From: a virus
Length of the DNA: 64,000 nt
Virus record (IMG/VR): IMGVR_UViG_3300044629_000431
Coordinates: 64,001-128,000 of that record
Strand: one strand, 5' to 3'
Program-made: the position numbers and the translations under genes
Shown: in pieces, positions 9,378 to 18,115 of the stretch
Layout: the number at the start of each line of letters is the position of its first letter
How positions within the stretch are numbered: the stretch's first letter is position 1
Notes under the pieces: model-generated
What the model was told of the DNA's origin: nothing
Databases searched by the model: none
Seen by the model: the letters and a program-made list of their open reading frames with translations, nothing else

Positions 9378-9728
9378 TCATTGTTCATCATCCCAAGGTG
9401 CTTTACGATTCATAATCTCTTTAATTCGTTCTACCACAGCAGGGTCTTGTGGTTCATTGATTCGTCGCACAAGTTCATCATAATCCTCTACCGATAGAGT
9501 AATCTTTGGTAGTTCTTGTGCTAACCTCAACTTACGTTCTGGACTGATAGTTAGGTTGTATGGGTCATCATAAGGAAAGATATACTCTCGATACCAACCT
9601 ATACTCAAACTCTCCCAGAACTCACCATATCCCCATTCATCACCGTCATTATAACAGTCAAGAATATACAAGACATTACGAAATCCATCAAGGAAGAGTT
9701 CCCATTTTGTTGGGTTTTCAAATCTCAC
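9378..9728 (-). CDS. hypothetical protein
   Basis: ORF track. Confidence 0.6.
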   Translation of the reverse strand: MRFENPTKWELFLDGFRNVLYILDCYNDGDEWGYGEFWESLSIGWYREYIFPYDDPYNLTISPERKLRLAQELPKITLSVEDYDELVRRINEPQDPAVVERIKEIMNRKAPWDDEQ

Positions 9729-9928
9729 GGCGTTTCATCGCTCCAGTAGTATCTCAGTTTATCACCATCGGCGTGAATATTCAAGTGGTAAATCTTTTTG
9801 TCTTGTGTGTAAATGCCCACCCACAGACTCCGTTCGTTCATACTTTCCAAGTGAAACATTTCCACCTCTTCCAGCACAATTTCGTCAGGATTTTCTTCCC
9901 ATCTTACTAGTTTAGTCATCGTATTCAA
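9725..9928 (-). CDS. hypothetical protein
   Basis: ORF track. Confidence 0.6.
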   Translation of the reverse strand: MNTMTKLVRWEENPDEIVLEEVEMFHLESMNERSLWVGIYTQDKKIYHLNIHADGDKLRYYWSDETP

Positions 9929-10063
9929 GGTAAAAACTATCTTTTTCTAGGAAATGAATCTTATCGTGGATTGCTTGAAGTGCCGTCTGTTTGATTGCCC
10001 ATAAGTCATCATCATCGTCAACCAAAATATTCACTTTGGTTGTTACATTCACTCGGAGCGACT

Positions 10064-10279
10064 TCATTTTGCCTCCCAGAACCTACCATCAGGACCACAA
10101 GAATAATCAAGTTCTTTCCAACGACTTGACCTCAGCATATCACAAAATCTTTTATCATATCCAGTTACAGGATTTGTGGTAGTGTTTGGTGAGGCACAAG
10201 TATCGTGTCGGAATCCCATTCCAAATAAATGAGTCAACCAATCCTTACGATAATACTTACAATCTTTACACAGTTTCAT
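10064..10279 (-). CDS. Cys-rich small protein (possible zinc binder)
   Basis: CKDC ... C ... C ... CGPDGRFWE. Confidence 0.6.
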   Translation of the reverse strand: MKLCKDCKYYRKDWLTHLFGMGFRHDTCASPNTTTNPVTGYDKRFCDMLRSSRWKELDYSCGPDGRFWEAK

Positions 10280-10889
10280 TGTTCTTTCTCACTCGTTCAA
10301 GAAACTCATCACTCTGTTGATACAATCGTGCAATCAAATCTTTGATGTCATCAATCGCAATCACATTATACTCCACATTCATATTTTCGCAAATGAGAGC
10401 ATCAATCATACATTCCAGTGTGAGTGCTTGCATATGTTCTGGTGTAATTGGTGTCCCATGAGGAAGACCAGAACATTCTTCATTATAGAAGTGATTATAG
10501 CGTCGCAGAACAGTATCACTTCGTTCTTTGCGTTCCCATTCTTCCTTCTCAATCTCCGCAAGTTGTTTTAGATCATCACCATTCTCTTTGTAGAGTTTAT
10601 CAACAGCATCAAGTGCTTTACGCTCTGCTTCACGACGCTCTGCCTCCTCAAACATTGCATCAGGATATGGTTCCTGATTATTCATAAGTTCCACAATCTT
10701 ATTGTAATCGTGTGTGGATACTTTTGCATTGATGGGTTGCTTACTCATAAGTTTCCGGAGTTGTTCTCTACCGTATTCAGTCAATTCGTGCTTTTTGTTG
10801 CGGAGTTCTTCTATTTCTTCTTGGGTGAGATTGACCCACACCATATCATCAGGCACAGGGAGATTATGTTCAGTCATCACACTTCTCAT
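10266..10889 (-). CDS. hypothetical protein
   Basis: ORF track. Confidence 0.6.
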   Translation of the reverse strand: MRSVMTEHNLPVPDDMVWVNLTQEEIEELRNKKHELTEYGREQLRKLMSKQPINAKVSTHDYNKIVELMNNQEPYPDAMFEEAERREAERKALDAVDKLYKENGDDLKQLAEIEKEEWERKERSDTVLRRYNHFYNEECSGLPHGTPITPEHMQALTLECMIDALICENMNVEYNVIAIDDIKDLIARLYQQSDEFLERVRKNNETV

Positions 10890-11067
10890 AAGGTTGCAAT
10901 TTTACCCAGTATAGATGACCACCCATATCTTTGTAAAGGAACTTGGATGGATTATCACCACCTTGAGGAAGTTCTGCCAGTTCACCTCTTTGAATGGCAT
11001 CAAGTTCTTTTTGAGATGGTTCTACTGATTTACTCCATCTTCTCATAGGTTTGAACACAATACTCAT
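10870..11067 (-). CDS. hypothetical protein
   Basis: ORF track. Confidence 0.55.
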   Translation of the reverse strand: MSIVFKPMRRWSKSVEPSQKELDAIQRGELAELPQGGDNPSKFLYKDMGGHLYWVKLQPYEKCDD

Positions 11068-11678
11068 CGTAACATCTCCTTCATTTTACGCAAACAATCA
11101 TTAAATCCATCCACAAGTAATTCAGTATCTACATTTTGACTTCCTGCTGCTGATTGTTCTTTCGGCAACCATTCTGCAACTGCCTCTACAATATCACCAC
11201 AAGCATCTTCAGAAAACCCCCATTTGTCTTTTAAGATGTTCCAGAGTTTTTGAGATTGATATTTTTCCATCAACCTATTCACAACCTCATCGGTAATGTA
11301 TGAAGTAGGATTATCCTTCTCATCCCATTCTACTTCATCATACCAATCAGGTTCATCAACTACATCAAAGACACCATCTTTCTTTGCTTGTTTCATAACA
11401 TCACGAAGACCTTGTGCAACTTGTTCTGGTGTTTGTGGAGTTGGTTGATATTCAGTCATTGTCTTGGAGCATCTCCCAGTATTATAACCCGTCAAGAAGG
11501 CTGAATGCAACCACTTGGTCATCAAGTCCTTACGAGTATTCACATCCTCAACTTCACAATCACCAAAGAAGTGCTCACTACGAAGTGAAAAACCACCATA
11601 AAGGTCGTTAAACCATTCCTGAAATGCGACTTCGGCAGTGTCTTCCCACTCCCATTCTGATGTAGGATGTTTAGTCAT
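11064..11678 (-). CDS. hypothetical protein
   Basis: ORF track. Confidence 0.6.
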   Translation of the reverse strand: MTKHPTSEWEWEDTAEVAFQEWFNDLYGGFSLRSEHFFGDCEVEDVNTRKDLMTKWLHSAFLTGYNTGRCSKTMTEYQPTPQTPEQVAQGLRDVMKQAKKDGVFDVVDEPDWYDEVEWDEKDNPTSYITDEVVNRLMEKYQSQKLWNILKDKWGFSEDACGDIVEAVAEWLPKEQSAAGSQNVDTELLVDGFNDCLRKMKEMLR

Positions 11679-11834
11679 TTTCCAAATACTCCTGATAAAT
11701 TGGTTGTAGAAACATATCTTTGATTTCTTCTACTGTCTTATTATGTTTTTTTGCGTCTGCTTCAAGAACTTCATCAGGCACCCAAGTTGCCGTCATTTCG
11801 TTAGAGTTTTTCCAGTCTTCAAAAGATAGTTTAG

Positions 11835-12032
11835 TCATAGGTCTAATGGTTGTTGTGGGTCTTGATACCAGAACTCTTTATATGTGATCCACTTTTCTAC
11901 ATCAGTCTCCATCTGTGCCATCCAGTGAATACCATTTGCATCAATCGCATCAAGATAATGAATGCGTGTCTTCGGATCAATTGTACGGGTGATCGTTACG
12001 AATTTAACTCGTTCAGTCATTTGTCTTTCCAA
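11835..12032 (-). CDS. hypothetical protein
   Basis: ORF track. Confidence 0.6.
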   Translation of the reverse strand: MERQMTERVKFVTITRTIDPKTRIHYLDAIDANGIHWMAQMETDVEKWITYKEFWYQDPQQPLDL

Positions 12033-12583
12033 GTAAAGTCCAGAAGCAGTTTTGAAAAATATCTCACAATACGATTTGGTTTCTTTTCCAGATACACTTT
12101 GATGTTTGGTTTAATGTCCCAGTATCCTACCTCATTTGTACCAATTCTATACTCTGTGTTCCAAGATACAGTATTATTGGCAACAAGATAAGAACCGTCT
12201 GCTCCTACTGTAAGTGTGACTGGGAAACTACCATATTTTTTTGCGGATTCAAAGTTCTGAATAATACGATCAAACTTTTGATTATAACGATGCTCTTGAT
12301 AGTATTTGAGTTGTGCGAACTTGTACTCTACATCCTCAATCTGGTTATCAATCTTCTCTTCAAACTCTTGTGAGATTTCTTCTAATGACTTGCGTGGTAA
12401 TTGAAATGAACCTTTGATTTCAGGATGCTTATAAGGAATAGTGAAGTATTCCTTTGCGACTTCATATTGTTCATTATCTTCACCCATAGAAGCAATCAAA
12501 CCCATAGTATCAAAGACATTTTTTATATCTTTGATGGTTTTGAGTTTGCTTGTATCAAGTTTATGATTTAGTCGTTCATTCAT
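12017..12583 (-). CDS. hypothetical protein
   Basis: ORF track. Confidence 0.6.
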   Translation of the reverse strand: MNERLNHKLDTSKLKTIKDIKNVFDTMGLIASMGEDNEQYEVAKEYFTIPYKHPEIKGSFQLPRKSLEEISQEFEEKIDNQIEDVEYKFAQLKYYQEHRYNQKFDRIIQNFESAKKYGSFPVTLTVGADGSYLVANNTVSWNTEYRIGTNEVGYWDIKPNIKVYLEKKPNRIVRYFSKLLLDFTWKDK

Positions 12584-12795
12584 TTGACATTCTCATTAAT
12601 AGGGGGGTCAATCAATCCTGGTGGAATTACATACCAGATAATGTTGTTTGTTTTGCGAATATCTGTTAGAGCATACATAAACTCATCAATAGTATTGAAA
12701 GATAATACTTCAAAGTCCTCTTCTTGATGAAGAGAAATCTTTTTATTTTGAATATCTACCACATATCTTATTGGAGTTTTAAGAAGTTCAGTCAT
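12580..12795 (-). CDS. hypothetical protein
   Basis: ORF; likely start MTELLKT after GGAG. Confidence 0.55.
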   Translation of the reverse strand: MTELLKTPIRYVVDIQNKKISLHQEEDFEVLSFNTIDEFMYALTDIRKTNNIIWYVIPPGLIDPPINENVK

Positions 12796-12800
12796 TTCAG

Positions 12801-12989
12801 TTACTCTCCTTTTTCCAATTCTTGAAGGTGCCAGCAAGCATAATCGTGTGCTGCCATAAGTTTGGTTACATCATTCCCCGCAGAATTTGCAGCAGCATCT
12901 ACACTATCAGCAGCATTTTTCCATCCAGCATCAGTAAGTTGCTGCCAGATTTGATTGATTTCAAGAAGCAACTGGTCTTGGTAGTTCAT
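12801..12989 (-). CDS. hypothetical early protein
   Basis: Start MNYQDQ downstream of TATAAT 13011-13016. Confidence 0.6.
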   Translation of the reverse strand: MNYQDQLLLEINQIWQQLTDAGWKNAADSVDAAANSAGNDVTKLMAAHDYACWHLQELEKGE

Positions 12990-13010
12990 CGGTTTGTTGT
13001 GTATGAAGTC

Positions 13011-13070
13011 ATTATACAACGAAAAAGAGCACCTGTGGAGATGCCCTGTGCCAGTTTCTCAAGTGTCCTT
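13011..13070 (-). promoter_or_regulatory. early-type promoter with GTGCCA motif (copy 6)
   Basis: GTGCCAGTT at 13048; TATAAT at 13011-13016. Confidence 0.65.
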
Positions 13071-13244
13071 CAGTCCAATCAGTTTAGCAAAATCAGGAGT
13101 GATAGTAAGGTTTTGTTCTTTTACAAGATTACGAACTTCTTTACGAAGATGAAGATACTTGTCTCGGTATTCTGTGAGATACTTTTGTGCTTTGTTCTTT
13201 TCATCAAAGTCGCACTGGTGTTCATAGGTTCTATTATATCTCAT
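13059..13244 (-). CDS. hypothetical protein
   Basis: ORF track. Confidence 0.6.
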   Translation of the reverse strand: MRYNRTYEHQCDFDEKNKAQKYLTEYRDKYLHLRKEVRNLVKEQNLTITPDFAKLIGLKDT

Positions 13245-13429
13245 TTTTTTAAGTCATCCAAACAAGCAATAAGTTTTACGATGTGATAGTTTTCTTTGAA
13301 ATGCTCTGTGTTATTCAATTCCTCATAGGCATCTTCTATTGTAAGGTAAATGACTTGATTGGTCTTGTGTAAATCAGCATAGACCTTACCATCCTGCCTC
13401 TTCAACATAATCACATAGAATTCAGTCAT
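13241..13429 (-). CDS. hypothetical protein
   Basis: ORF track. Confidence 0.6.
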   Translation of the reverse strand: MTEFYVIMLKRQDGKVYADLHKTNQVIYLTIEDAYEELNNTEHFKENYHIVKLIACLDDLKK

Positions 13430-13686
13430 TTCAGTTCCTCTTCTACTTTTTCAATCTCAAAGATTTCATTTAGAAACTCCAGACCATACTTACCCACAAC
13501 CCAAGCATCTTTATCCTCAAAGAACCTATCACCTATGGTTCTCATATCATAAGACTCTTTGCCTTTATCAAAGAAAGCAATCACATAACAATACTCTTTC
13601 TTTTCTCTTGGACATTCATACCACCTGACGAGTTCATATTTGTTGTTGAATTTACACCAACGAAACTCTATGTTTCTGAACCTCAT
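13426..13686 (-). CDS. hypothetical protein
   Basis: ORF track. Confidence 0.65.
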   Translation of the reverse strand: MRFRNIEFRWCKFNNKYELVRWYECPREKKEYCYVIAFFDKGKESYDMRTIGDRFFEDKDAWVVGKYGLEFLNEIFEIEKVEEELK

Positions 13687-13855
13687 TCTTCTTCCTCTTC
13701 ATAGGGAAACATAGCATCATACTCTTCATCAGTCAGAGTCAGATACTGAACATCAGCATCTTTGTGCTCTTCAGCATACACCAACTGATAGTGAGCAAAG
13801 TCACTTTCAGAAGTGCTGGCATACTCTATAAGTCCATCAACAAGGCACAGGTAGT

Positions 13856-14068
13856 TCATTTGGTTTCCTCCAACTCATCAAGTTTCTCATTCACAAAATC
13901 AGTAATATCAATCTTATTCACATCCACGCCTTCATCCTGGCAGTCAAGAATAAACTCCATAAAAGCACCAAGAATCAGACAAGCACGTTTCTTATCGTGC
14001 TCTACAATTGTAGTATGAGGGTGAGCAACGTAATGAGTAATGTTCTCGTAGAGTTGGTCGTAGGTCAT
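13856..14068 (-). CDS. hypothetical protein
   Basis: ORF track. Confidence 0.6.
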   Translation of the reverse strand: MTYDQLYENITHYVAHPHTTIVEHDKKRACLILGAFMEFILDCQDEGVDVNKIDITDFVNEKLDELEETK

Positions 14069-14256
14069 TGTTGTTCCAAGATAGTCTTGATTTGTTTGAG
14101 GTCTTCTACTCTTTGTTTGGCAATGTCATACTCTTCACAATACCAGTCAAGATCATTTACTTCGTGATTGGTTTGCTCCCTAATGTCCCATTCAAGACAT
14201 TGTAGGTGCCCTTCTTGGTCTTTTATAAAGTATTCTAAAGTATCAATCATAGACAT
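14065..14256 (-). CDS. hypothetical protein
   Basis: ORF; likely start MSMIDT. Confidence 0.55.
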   Translation of the reverse strand: MSMIDTLEYFIKDQEGHLQCLEWDIREQTNHEVNDLDWYCEEYDIAKQRVEDLKQIKTILEQQ

Positions 14257-14450
14257 TAGAGCACCTCCCAATCACATTCCCAGAAATCGTTGATATTCAC
14301 CCAGAAGAAGTATTTCTGGTTCTCTGATGCGAGAAACAGCATACCATCACCCTTGTCCTGCTCAACAATACAGATAGGGTTGTTGTCCATCATATTCACA
14401 AGGCGGTTCTTAGCCTTCTTGCTTTTGGGTCTGACTGTTACTCTTCTCAT
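14256..14450 (-). CDS. hypothetical protein
   Basis: ORF track. Confidence 0.6.
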   Translation of the reverse strand: MRRVTVRPKSKKAKNRLVNMMDNNPICIVEQDKGDGMLFLASENQKYFFWVNINDFWECDWEVL

Positions 14451-14667
14451 TTTGAATCTCCAGTTTTAGTTTGCGAATACCAGTAATAAAGTAAGCAAAG
14501 TCACGGGATTCAGTCACCCGTTTCTCTTCACCACACACACCACACTTACCATTCCAGACAGATGAACAACCTACAGAATATACTCCATACTTTTGTCCAC
14601 AATCCATACAGGTTGTGCCTGTCTGTTCAAGTCGTTTGAGGAGTGCCTTCTTCTCTTTGAGAGTCAT
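14410..14667 (-). CDS. zinc-finger-like small protein
   Basis: CMDC ... CGVC; directly after promoter copy 7. Confidence 0.65.
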   Translation of the reverse strand: MTLKEKKALLKRLEQTGTTCMDCGQKYGVYSVGCSSVWNGKCGVCGEEKRVTESRDFAYFITGIRKLKLEIQNEKSNSQTQKQEG

Positions 14668-14688
14668 AGGGGCGTTTCAGATATGAAT

Positions 14689-14747
14689 ATTATAGGTCAT
14701 CAAGACTCTTCAGTGTCTTCTGGTGTGCCAGTTTCTAAAGTGTCTAC
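14689..14747 (-). promoter_or_regulatory. early-type promoter with GTGCCA motif (copy 7)
   Basis: GTGCCAGTT at 14725; TATAAT at 14689-14694. Confidence 0.65.
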
Positions 14748-15071
14748 ATCTTCTACCAGGTCTTCCAACCTTTTCTTAAAGTTTTCATCAAAAGGAATAA
14801 GTTTCTCTTCACCTCTATCAATTCTATCACACATTTCCATCAGATATTCTAGAAACTCTTTGGGATATGTTTCATCCATATTGATGCTGCACCAGAACCA
14901 CTGATAACATTCTTCATATGGATCGTCGTTTTTCAGCAGAGCATAATCAGCATAGTTTCCACTGATAAGGTCTCTCCACATTTTGAAGTTGTTCCACATT
15001 TCTCTCCAACCAGTCTGGAAACAATGTCCAAAATAATACTCAAACCAGTTTAATTTTGTCTTCATCAACAC
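14700..15071 (-). CDS. hypothetical protein
   Basis: ORF track. Confidence 0.65.
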   Translation of the reverse strand: MLMKTKLNWFEYYFGHCFQTGWREMWNNFKMWRDLISGNYADYALLKNDDPYEECYQWFWCSINMDETYPKEFLEYLMEMCDRIDRGEEKLIPFDENFKKRLEDLVEDVDTLETGTPEDTEES

Positions 15072-15352
15072 TCATCCATTCCAAGATAATCAGTCTCTTT
15101 TTCATCTACTTCCTCTAAATGGTCCCATCTCCAAGTGCGGGAAAGCAAATCAATATCAAACCCAAACTTATATGCCCAGAAGAGAACACTTAGTCCACAA
15201 CCATTACCAGAACTTATTTGAATATAGGGCCAAGAAGGATAGTCATTCCAACTTACAGACGCTTGAAGCAAACTTCTACGCTTAACATTTAAAATTTGAA
15301 CATACCATTCGTGCCCGAAGTCTTCACGATGTTTGAATTTAATTAGGTTCAT
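15065..15352 (-). CDS. hypothetical protein
   Basis: ORF track. Confidence 0.6.
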   Translation of the reverse strand: MNLIKFKHREDFGHEWYVQILNVKRRSLLQASVSWNDYPSWPYIQISSGNGCGLSVLFWAYKFGFDIDLLSRTWRWDHLEEVDEKETDYLGMDEC

Positions 15353-15522
15353 TGCTCTTTAATAACACAAGATGTAGTGCATTTAAGGTCACCAGAAGAT
15401 CCAGAGACCGTAGATGTATGGTGTGGTGTTTTTTCTGGTGTCAAATTATATGATACAATAGCGGATACAAAAAACGCAAGTGCAGGGATTGCGACATATT
15501 GTAGATAAGTTTTACTGCTCAT
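15349..15522 (-). CDS. small membrane protein
   Basis: Hydrophobic YVAIPALAFFVSAIV segment. Confidence 0.55.
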   Translation of the reverse strand: MSSKTYLQYVAIPALAFFVSAIVSYNLTPEKTPHHTSTVSGSSGDLKCTTSCVIKEQ

Positions 15523-15697
15523 TATTGTTTTCCTCAAAGTCAAACCATTCATACAGAGAGTTCATCGCACCATCAACCACACAATCAACCACAGCATCTT
15601 CGTGTGGGTTCTCTACGTGTTTATGGGCACGATTGTATCCATAACGAACACCTTCTTCCAGTGCCATCTCCAATACCTTACGAAAGTTGGGTTTCAT
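15512..15697 (-). CDS. hypothetical protein
   Basis: ORF after TTGACT-17-TATAGT promoter (15720-15748). Confidence 0.65.
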   Translation of the reverse strand: MKPNFRKVLEMALEEGVRYGYNRAHKHVENPHEDAVVDCVVDGAMNSLYEWFDFEENNNEQ

Positions 15698-15760
15698 CAG
15701 TCTGGTAGTAAGTAAACATACTATAAGACCCCTGACTCAAAAAGTCAAGGGTCATAAGGA

Positions 15761-15964
15761 TTATATTTGTGTTTCCTGTTCTCTTCGCATTCTATCTTGA
15801 TCTTCCCTTCTATTTTTTGCTTCTATTTCATGATAGGCGTGTCTTCTCTGCCAAGCAGCATTACGAATATTTTGCCTTGCTGCAGAAGTAAGAGTTGCTA
15901 TTTTAATTTCTTTCCTATCAGCAGCAGATAACATTTGCTCCTGAAATTCCTGAAAGGTTTTCAT
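15761..15964 (-). CDS. putative internal head protein
   Basis: N-terminus MKTFQEFQE resembles the T4 capsid-targeting sequence MKTYQEFIAE; ATAAATA late promoter at 15981-15987. Confidence 0.5.
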   Translation of the reverse strand: MKTFQEFQEQMLSAADRKEIKIATLTSAARQNIRNAAWQRRHAYHEIEAKNRREDQDRMRREQETQI

Positions 15965-15979
15965 TCTTAAACTTTTTAG

Positions 15980-16189
15980 TTATTTATGTAAAGACTTTAC
16001 ACCATTCAGAACTTCTTGAAAACGTTCGGCACGACTCTTGTGGTGCTCTACATTCTCCTCAAGCACACTCACAATATCGTCCAGGACAACATCCAGAGAC
16101 GCATCAGTATCAAAGTATTGTTGGATTGCTTCGGCAAGATACCGCCGCCGACTCCATTCCATACTATAGGGTTTGTAGTCCATAATCAT
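15980..16189 (-). CDS. hypothetical protein
   Basis: ORF after TTGACA-17-TATAAT (16205-16233). Confidence 0.65.
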   Translation of the reverse strand: MIMDYKPYSMEWSRRRYLAEAIQQYFDTDASLDVVLDDIVSVLEENVEHHKSRAERFQEVLNGVKSLHK

Positions 16190-16204
16190 AGTGTATATGC
16201 GGGT

Positions 16205-16233
16205 ATTATAAAGTATTTACTCTTGGTTGTCAA
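16205..16233 (-). promoter_or_regulatory. sigma70-type promoter
   Basis: Perfect TTGACA-N17-TATAAT. Confidence 0.75.
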
Positions 16234-16349
16234 GTTCTGCTAGGTAATCTGTCCACCATTGTGGATCTTTTTTCATTTTCCAGTTGGGAACTTCTTTACC
16301 GTGTTCAAAATACCATCTCCATATTGCTTCATCTATTACTTCAGCAATC

Positions 16350-16541
16350 TCAATCCTTCTCTGCCTCTTCATCAACGTCTCCATATGCATTTTCCACATA
16401 GGGTCCGTGTTCTCGTTTTGCATCTTCTCGGACATAATTGACTTCGGATACGCTAGAGGACAACCAGACAGATACTTTCATTATAAGATATATAACCGCC
16501 AGTGGAAGAAAACAAAGTGAAAGTATGACGGCGTGTTTCAT
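16350..16541 (-). CDS. small membrane protein
   Basis: N-terminal hydrophobic helix. Confidence 0.55.
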   Translation of the reverse strand: MKHAVILSLCFLPLAVIYLIMKVSVWLSSSVSEVNYVREDAKREHGPYVENAYGDVDEEAEKD

Positions 16542-16738
16542 CGATTTTTTCGATCATATTGATGCCATTTACACCAACCATCAGGTGAAATCTTGCCTTT
16601 CACAGCAGTACAGGCATTAGGTTCTCTCCACATATTGCAATTAGTACACTTTTGGTTACCTTTTGGTTCGTTCTGATACTTTGCAGTTGCTTTTGATGCC
16701 TTTTCTTCTTCCGATAGAAACTCTTGAAATGATTTCAT
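16538..16738 (-). CDS. HiPIP-like (high-potential iron-sulfur) small protein with capsid-targeting-like N-terminus
   Basis: YQNEP-x4-CTNC-x8-C-xxVKGKISPDGWC matches the HiPIP pattern; starts MKSFQEFLSE. Confidence 0.7.
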   Translation of the reverse strand: MKSFQEFLSEEEKASKATAKYQNEPKGNQKCTNCNMWREPNACTAVKGKISPDGWCKWHQYDRKNR

Positions 16739-16935
16739 TATTCTTTCTCCAAGCACTTTTCAAACTTATCTCTCAACTCATTCAGTTTAACTTGATGTTG
16801 AAACTCCATAATATGATCTTTTATTTCTTTCTCCTCTTCAGTAAAGTTCATGCGATATTTGAGTTTAGTATCAACAAGACGCACCATTTCCATATAGAAC
16901 TCAGTGCCTTTATGAATAAACTCTTCGTAGGTCAA
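16738..16935 (-). CDS. hypothetical protein
   Basis: ORF track. Confidence 0.65.
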   Translation of the reverse strand: MTYEEFIHKGTEFYMEMVRLVDTKLKYRMNFTEEEKEIKDHIMEFQHQVKLNELRDKFEKCLEKE

Positions 16936-17249
16936 TCCCTAGTCCTCCAATCGGTTTCGTCTTCATCACGTTTAAACCAATCAAGAAGTTCATCAGGACT
17001 GTCAAAACCTCTTCTACCAAATCTTTCGTGCCCTAAACCACCAATGTCCATTGAGTTTAGGAAGTCATCCATTTCATCCATATTGGGATTTTCTGCTTTA
17101 CGTCTTGCCTGACGGAGCATTGTTCCAGCAGAACGATTTGCTTTTGCAAGTTTCTCTGCCCAAATCATATCTTCTAAACTCACCTCTTCGTGAAGAACAA
17201 TCTTTTCACAGATTGCTTCAAGTCTCAACCGATACTGCGTAGAGAGCAT
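16932..17249 (-). CDS. conserved-looking cyanophage hypothetical protein
   Basis: MLSTQYRLRLE...; late promoter ATAAATA at ~17271. Confidence 0.7.
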   Translation of the reverse strand: MLSTQYRLRLEAICEKIVLHEEVSLEDMIWAEKLAKANRSAGTMLRQARRKAENPNMDEMDDFLNSMDIGGLGHERFGRRGFDSPDELLDWFKRDEDETDWRTRD

Positions 17250-17269
17250 AAGAATTACCAGATATAGGT

Positions 17270-17500
17270 CTATTTATTTTCATATTCGTCCATCAACTCT
17301 TTTGCAAGTTTCATAGAACGACGATGCATCATATATTTTACCACAGGATTTCTTGGATTGTGTAACAACCACCACTTTTGCTTCTCATAGTTAGCTTTTG
17401 CTAACTTAAGCACATAATAAAAAGCAGCAGCGACACTATCATCAGTTACGATGAAGTATGCCACTACTGTGAATACGATAAACCAAGCGTAATAAGTCAT
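17270..17500 (-). CDS. small membrane protein
   Basis: Hydrophobic N-terminus. Confidence 0.6.
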   Translation of the reverse strand: MTYYAWFIVFTVVAYFIVTDDSVAAAFYYVLKLAKANYEKQKWWLLHNPRNPVVKYMMHRRSMKLAKELMDEYENK

Positions 17501-17667
17501 CGTCTGATAGTTTTTAGATAGTCTAACACGTGCTCACGCACTGCCATCAATTCATGATAGCATTTCTGATTATGAGCACATTGACGAAGTTCGTGGTCTG
17601 GTTTATGAACACTTTCAATGAACAGATCAAGACCACGGTTCCATTTGACTTCAGGAGTTTCTTCCAT
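17497..17667 (-). CDS. small hypothetical protein (56 aa)
   Basis: Manually read ORF MEETPEVKWNRGLDLF... Confidence 0.6.
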   Translation of the reverse strand: MEETPEVKWNRGLDLFIESVHKPDHELRQCAHNQKCYHELMAVREHVLDYLKTIRR

Positions 17668-17690
17668 AATGTGCCTTATAGTTACACTAT

Positions 17691-17936
17691 TTAACCAAGA
17701 AATTGATCCAGACTGGAGACCGATGCGCCTTTTGCGGACTTTTGAATGTAGGTTTTTGCGGACTTGTAGTTGTTGGCAACGTGAACCTGTTGCCCATTGT
17801 GAATAATCATAAACTTTTTACCAAATGGAACTGCTGCCCACATACCATCTTTGGTCACATAACCTTGAGGATCTCCTGGTTTTGCATCAAGAATACCAGG
17901 ACGGTTGATGAAAGGTTTTTGAAAATGTTCCGTCAT
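17691..17936 (-). CDS. hypothetical protein
   Basis: ORF track. Confidence 0.65.
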   Translation of the reverse strand: MTEHFQKPFINRPGILDAKPGDPQGYVTKDGMWAAVPFGKKFMIIHNGQQVHVANNYKSAKTYIQKSAKGASVSSLDQFLG

Positions 17937-18076
17937 CCGAATACTGCAGTGACGCCAATGACTTTAGCACTTGGGTTACGAGCAAGTGCAGTTCGCTTTG
18001 CATCATTGTAGTCTTTTGCTTCAACGATCTCATCAAAGACCTTACCAGCAATGTAGAGTTGGACTTTGCAGCGCAT
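17933..18076 (-). CDS. small hypothetical protein (47 aa)
   Basis: Manually read ORF MRCKVQLYIAG...; AGGAG ribosome-binding site. Confidence 0.6.
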   Translation of the reverse strand: MRCKVQLYIAGKVFDEIVEAKDYNDAKRTALARNPSAKVIGVTAVFG

Positions 18077-18115
18077 TGGAGTTTCTCCTGATGTGTGGAT
18101 AGTATAGCAGAAAAA

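Noticed and set aside
176-17806. Numerous plus-strand ORFs in the early region
   Set aside because: The minus strand is tiled by coupled ORFs with promoters and ribosome-binding sites; the plus-strand translations look non-protein-like.
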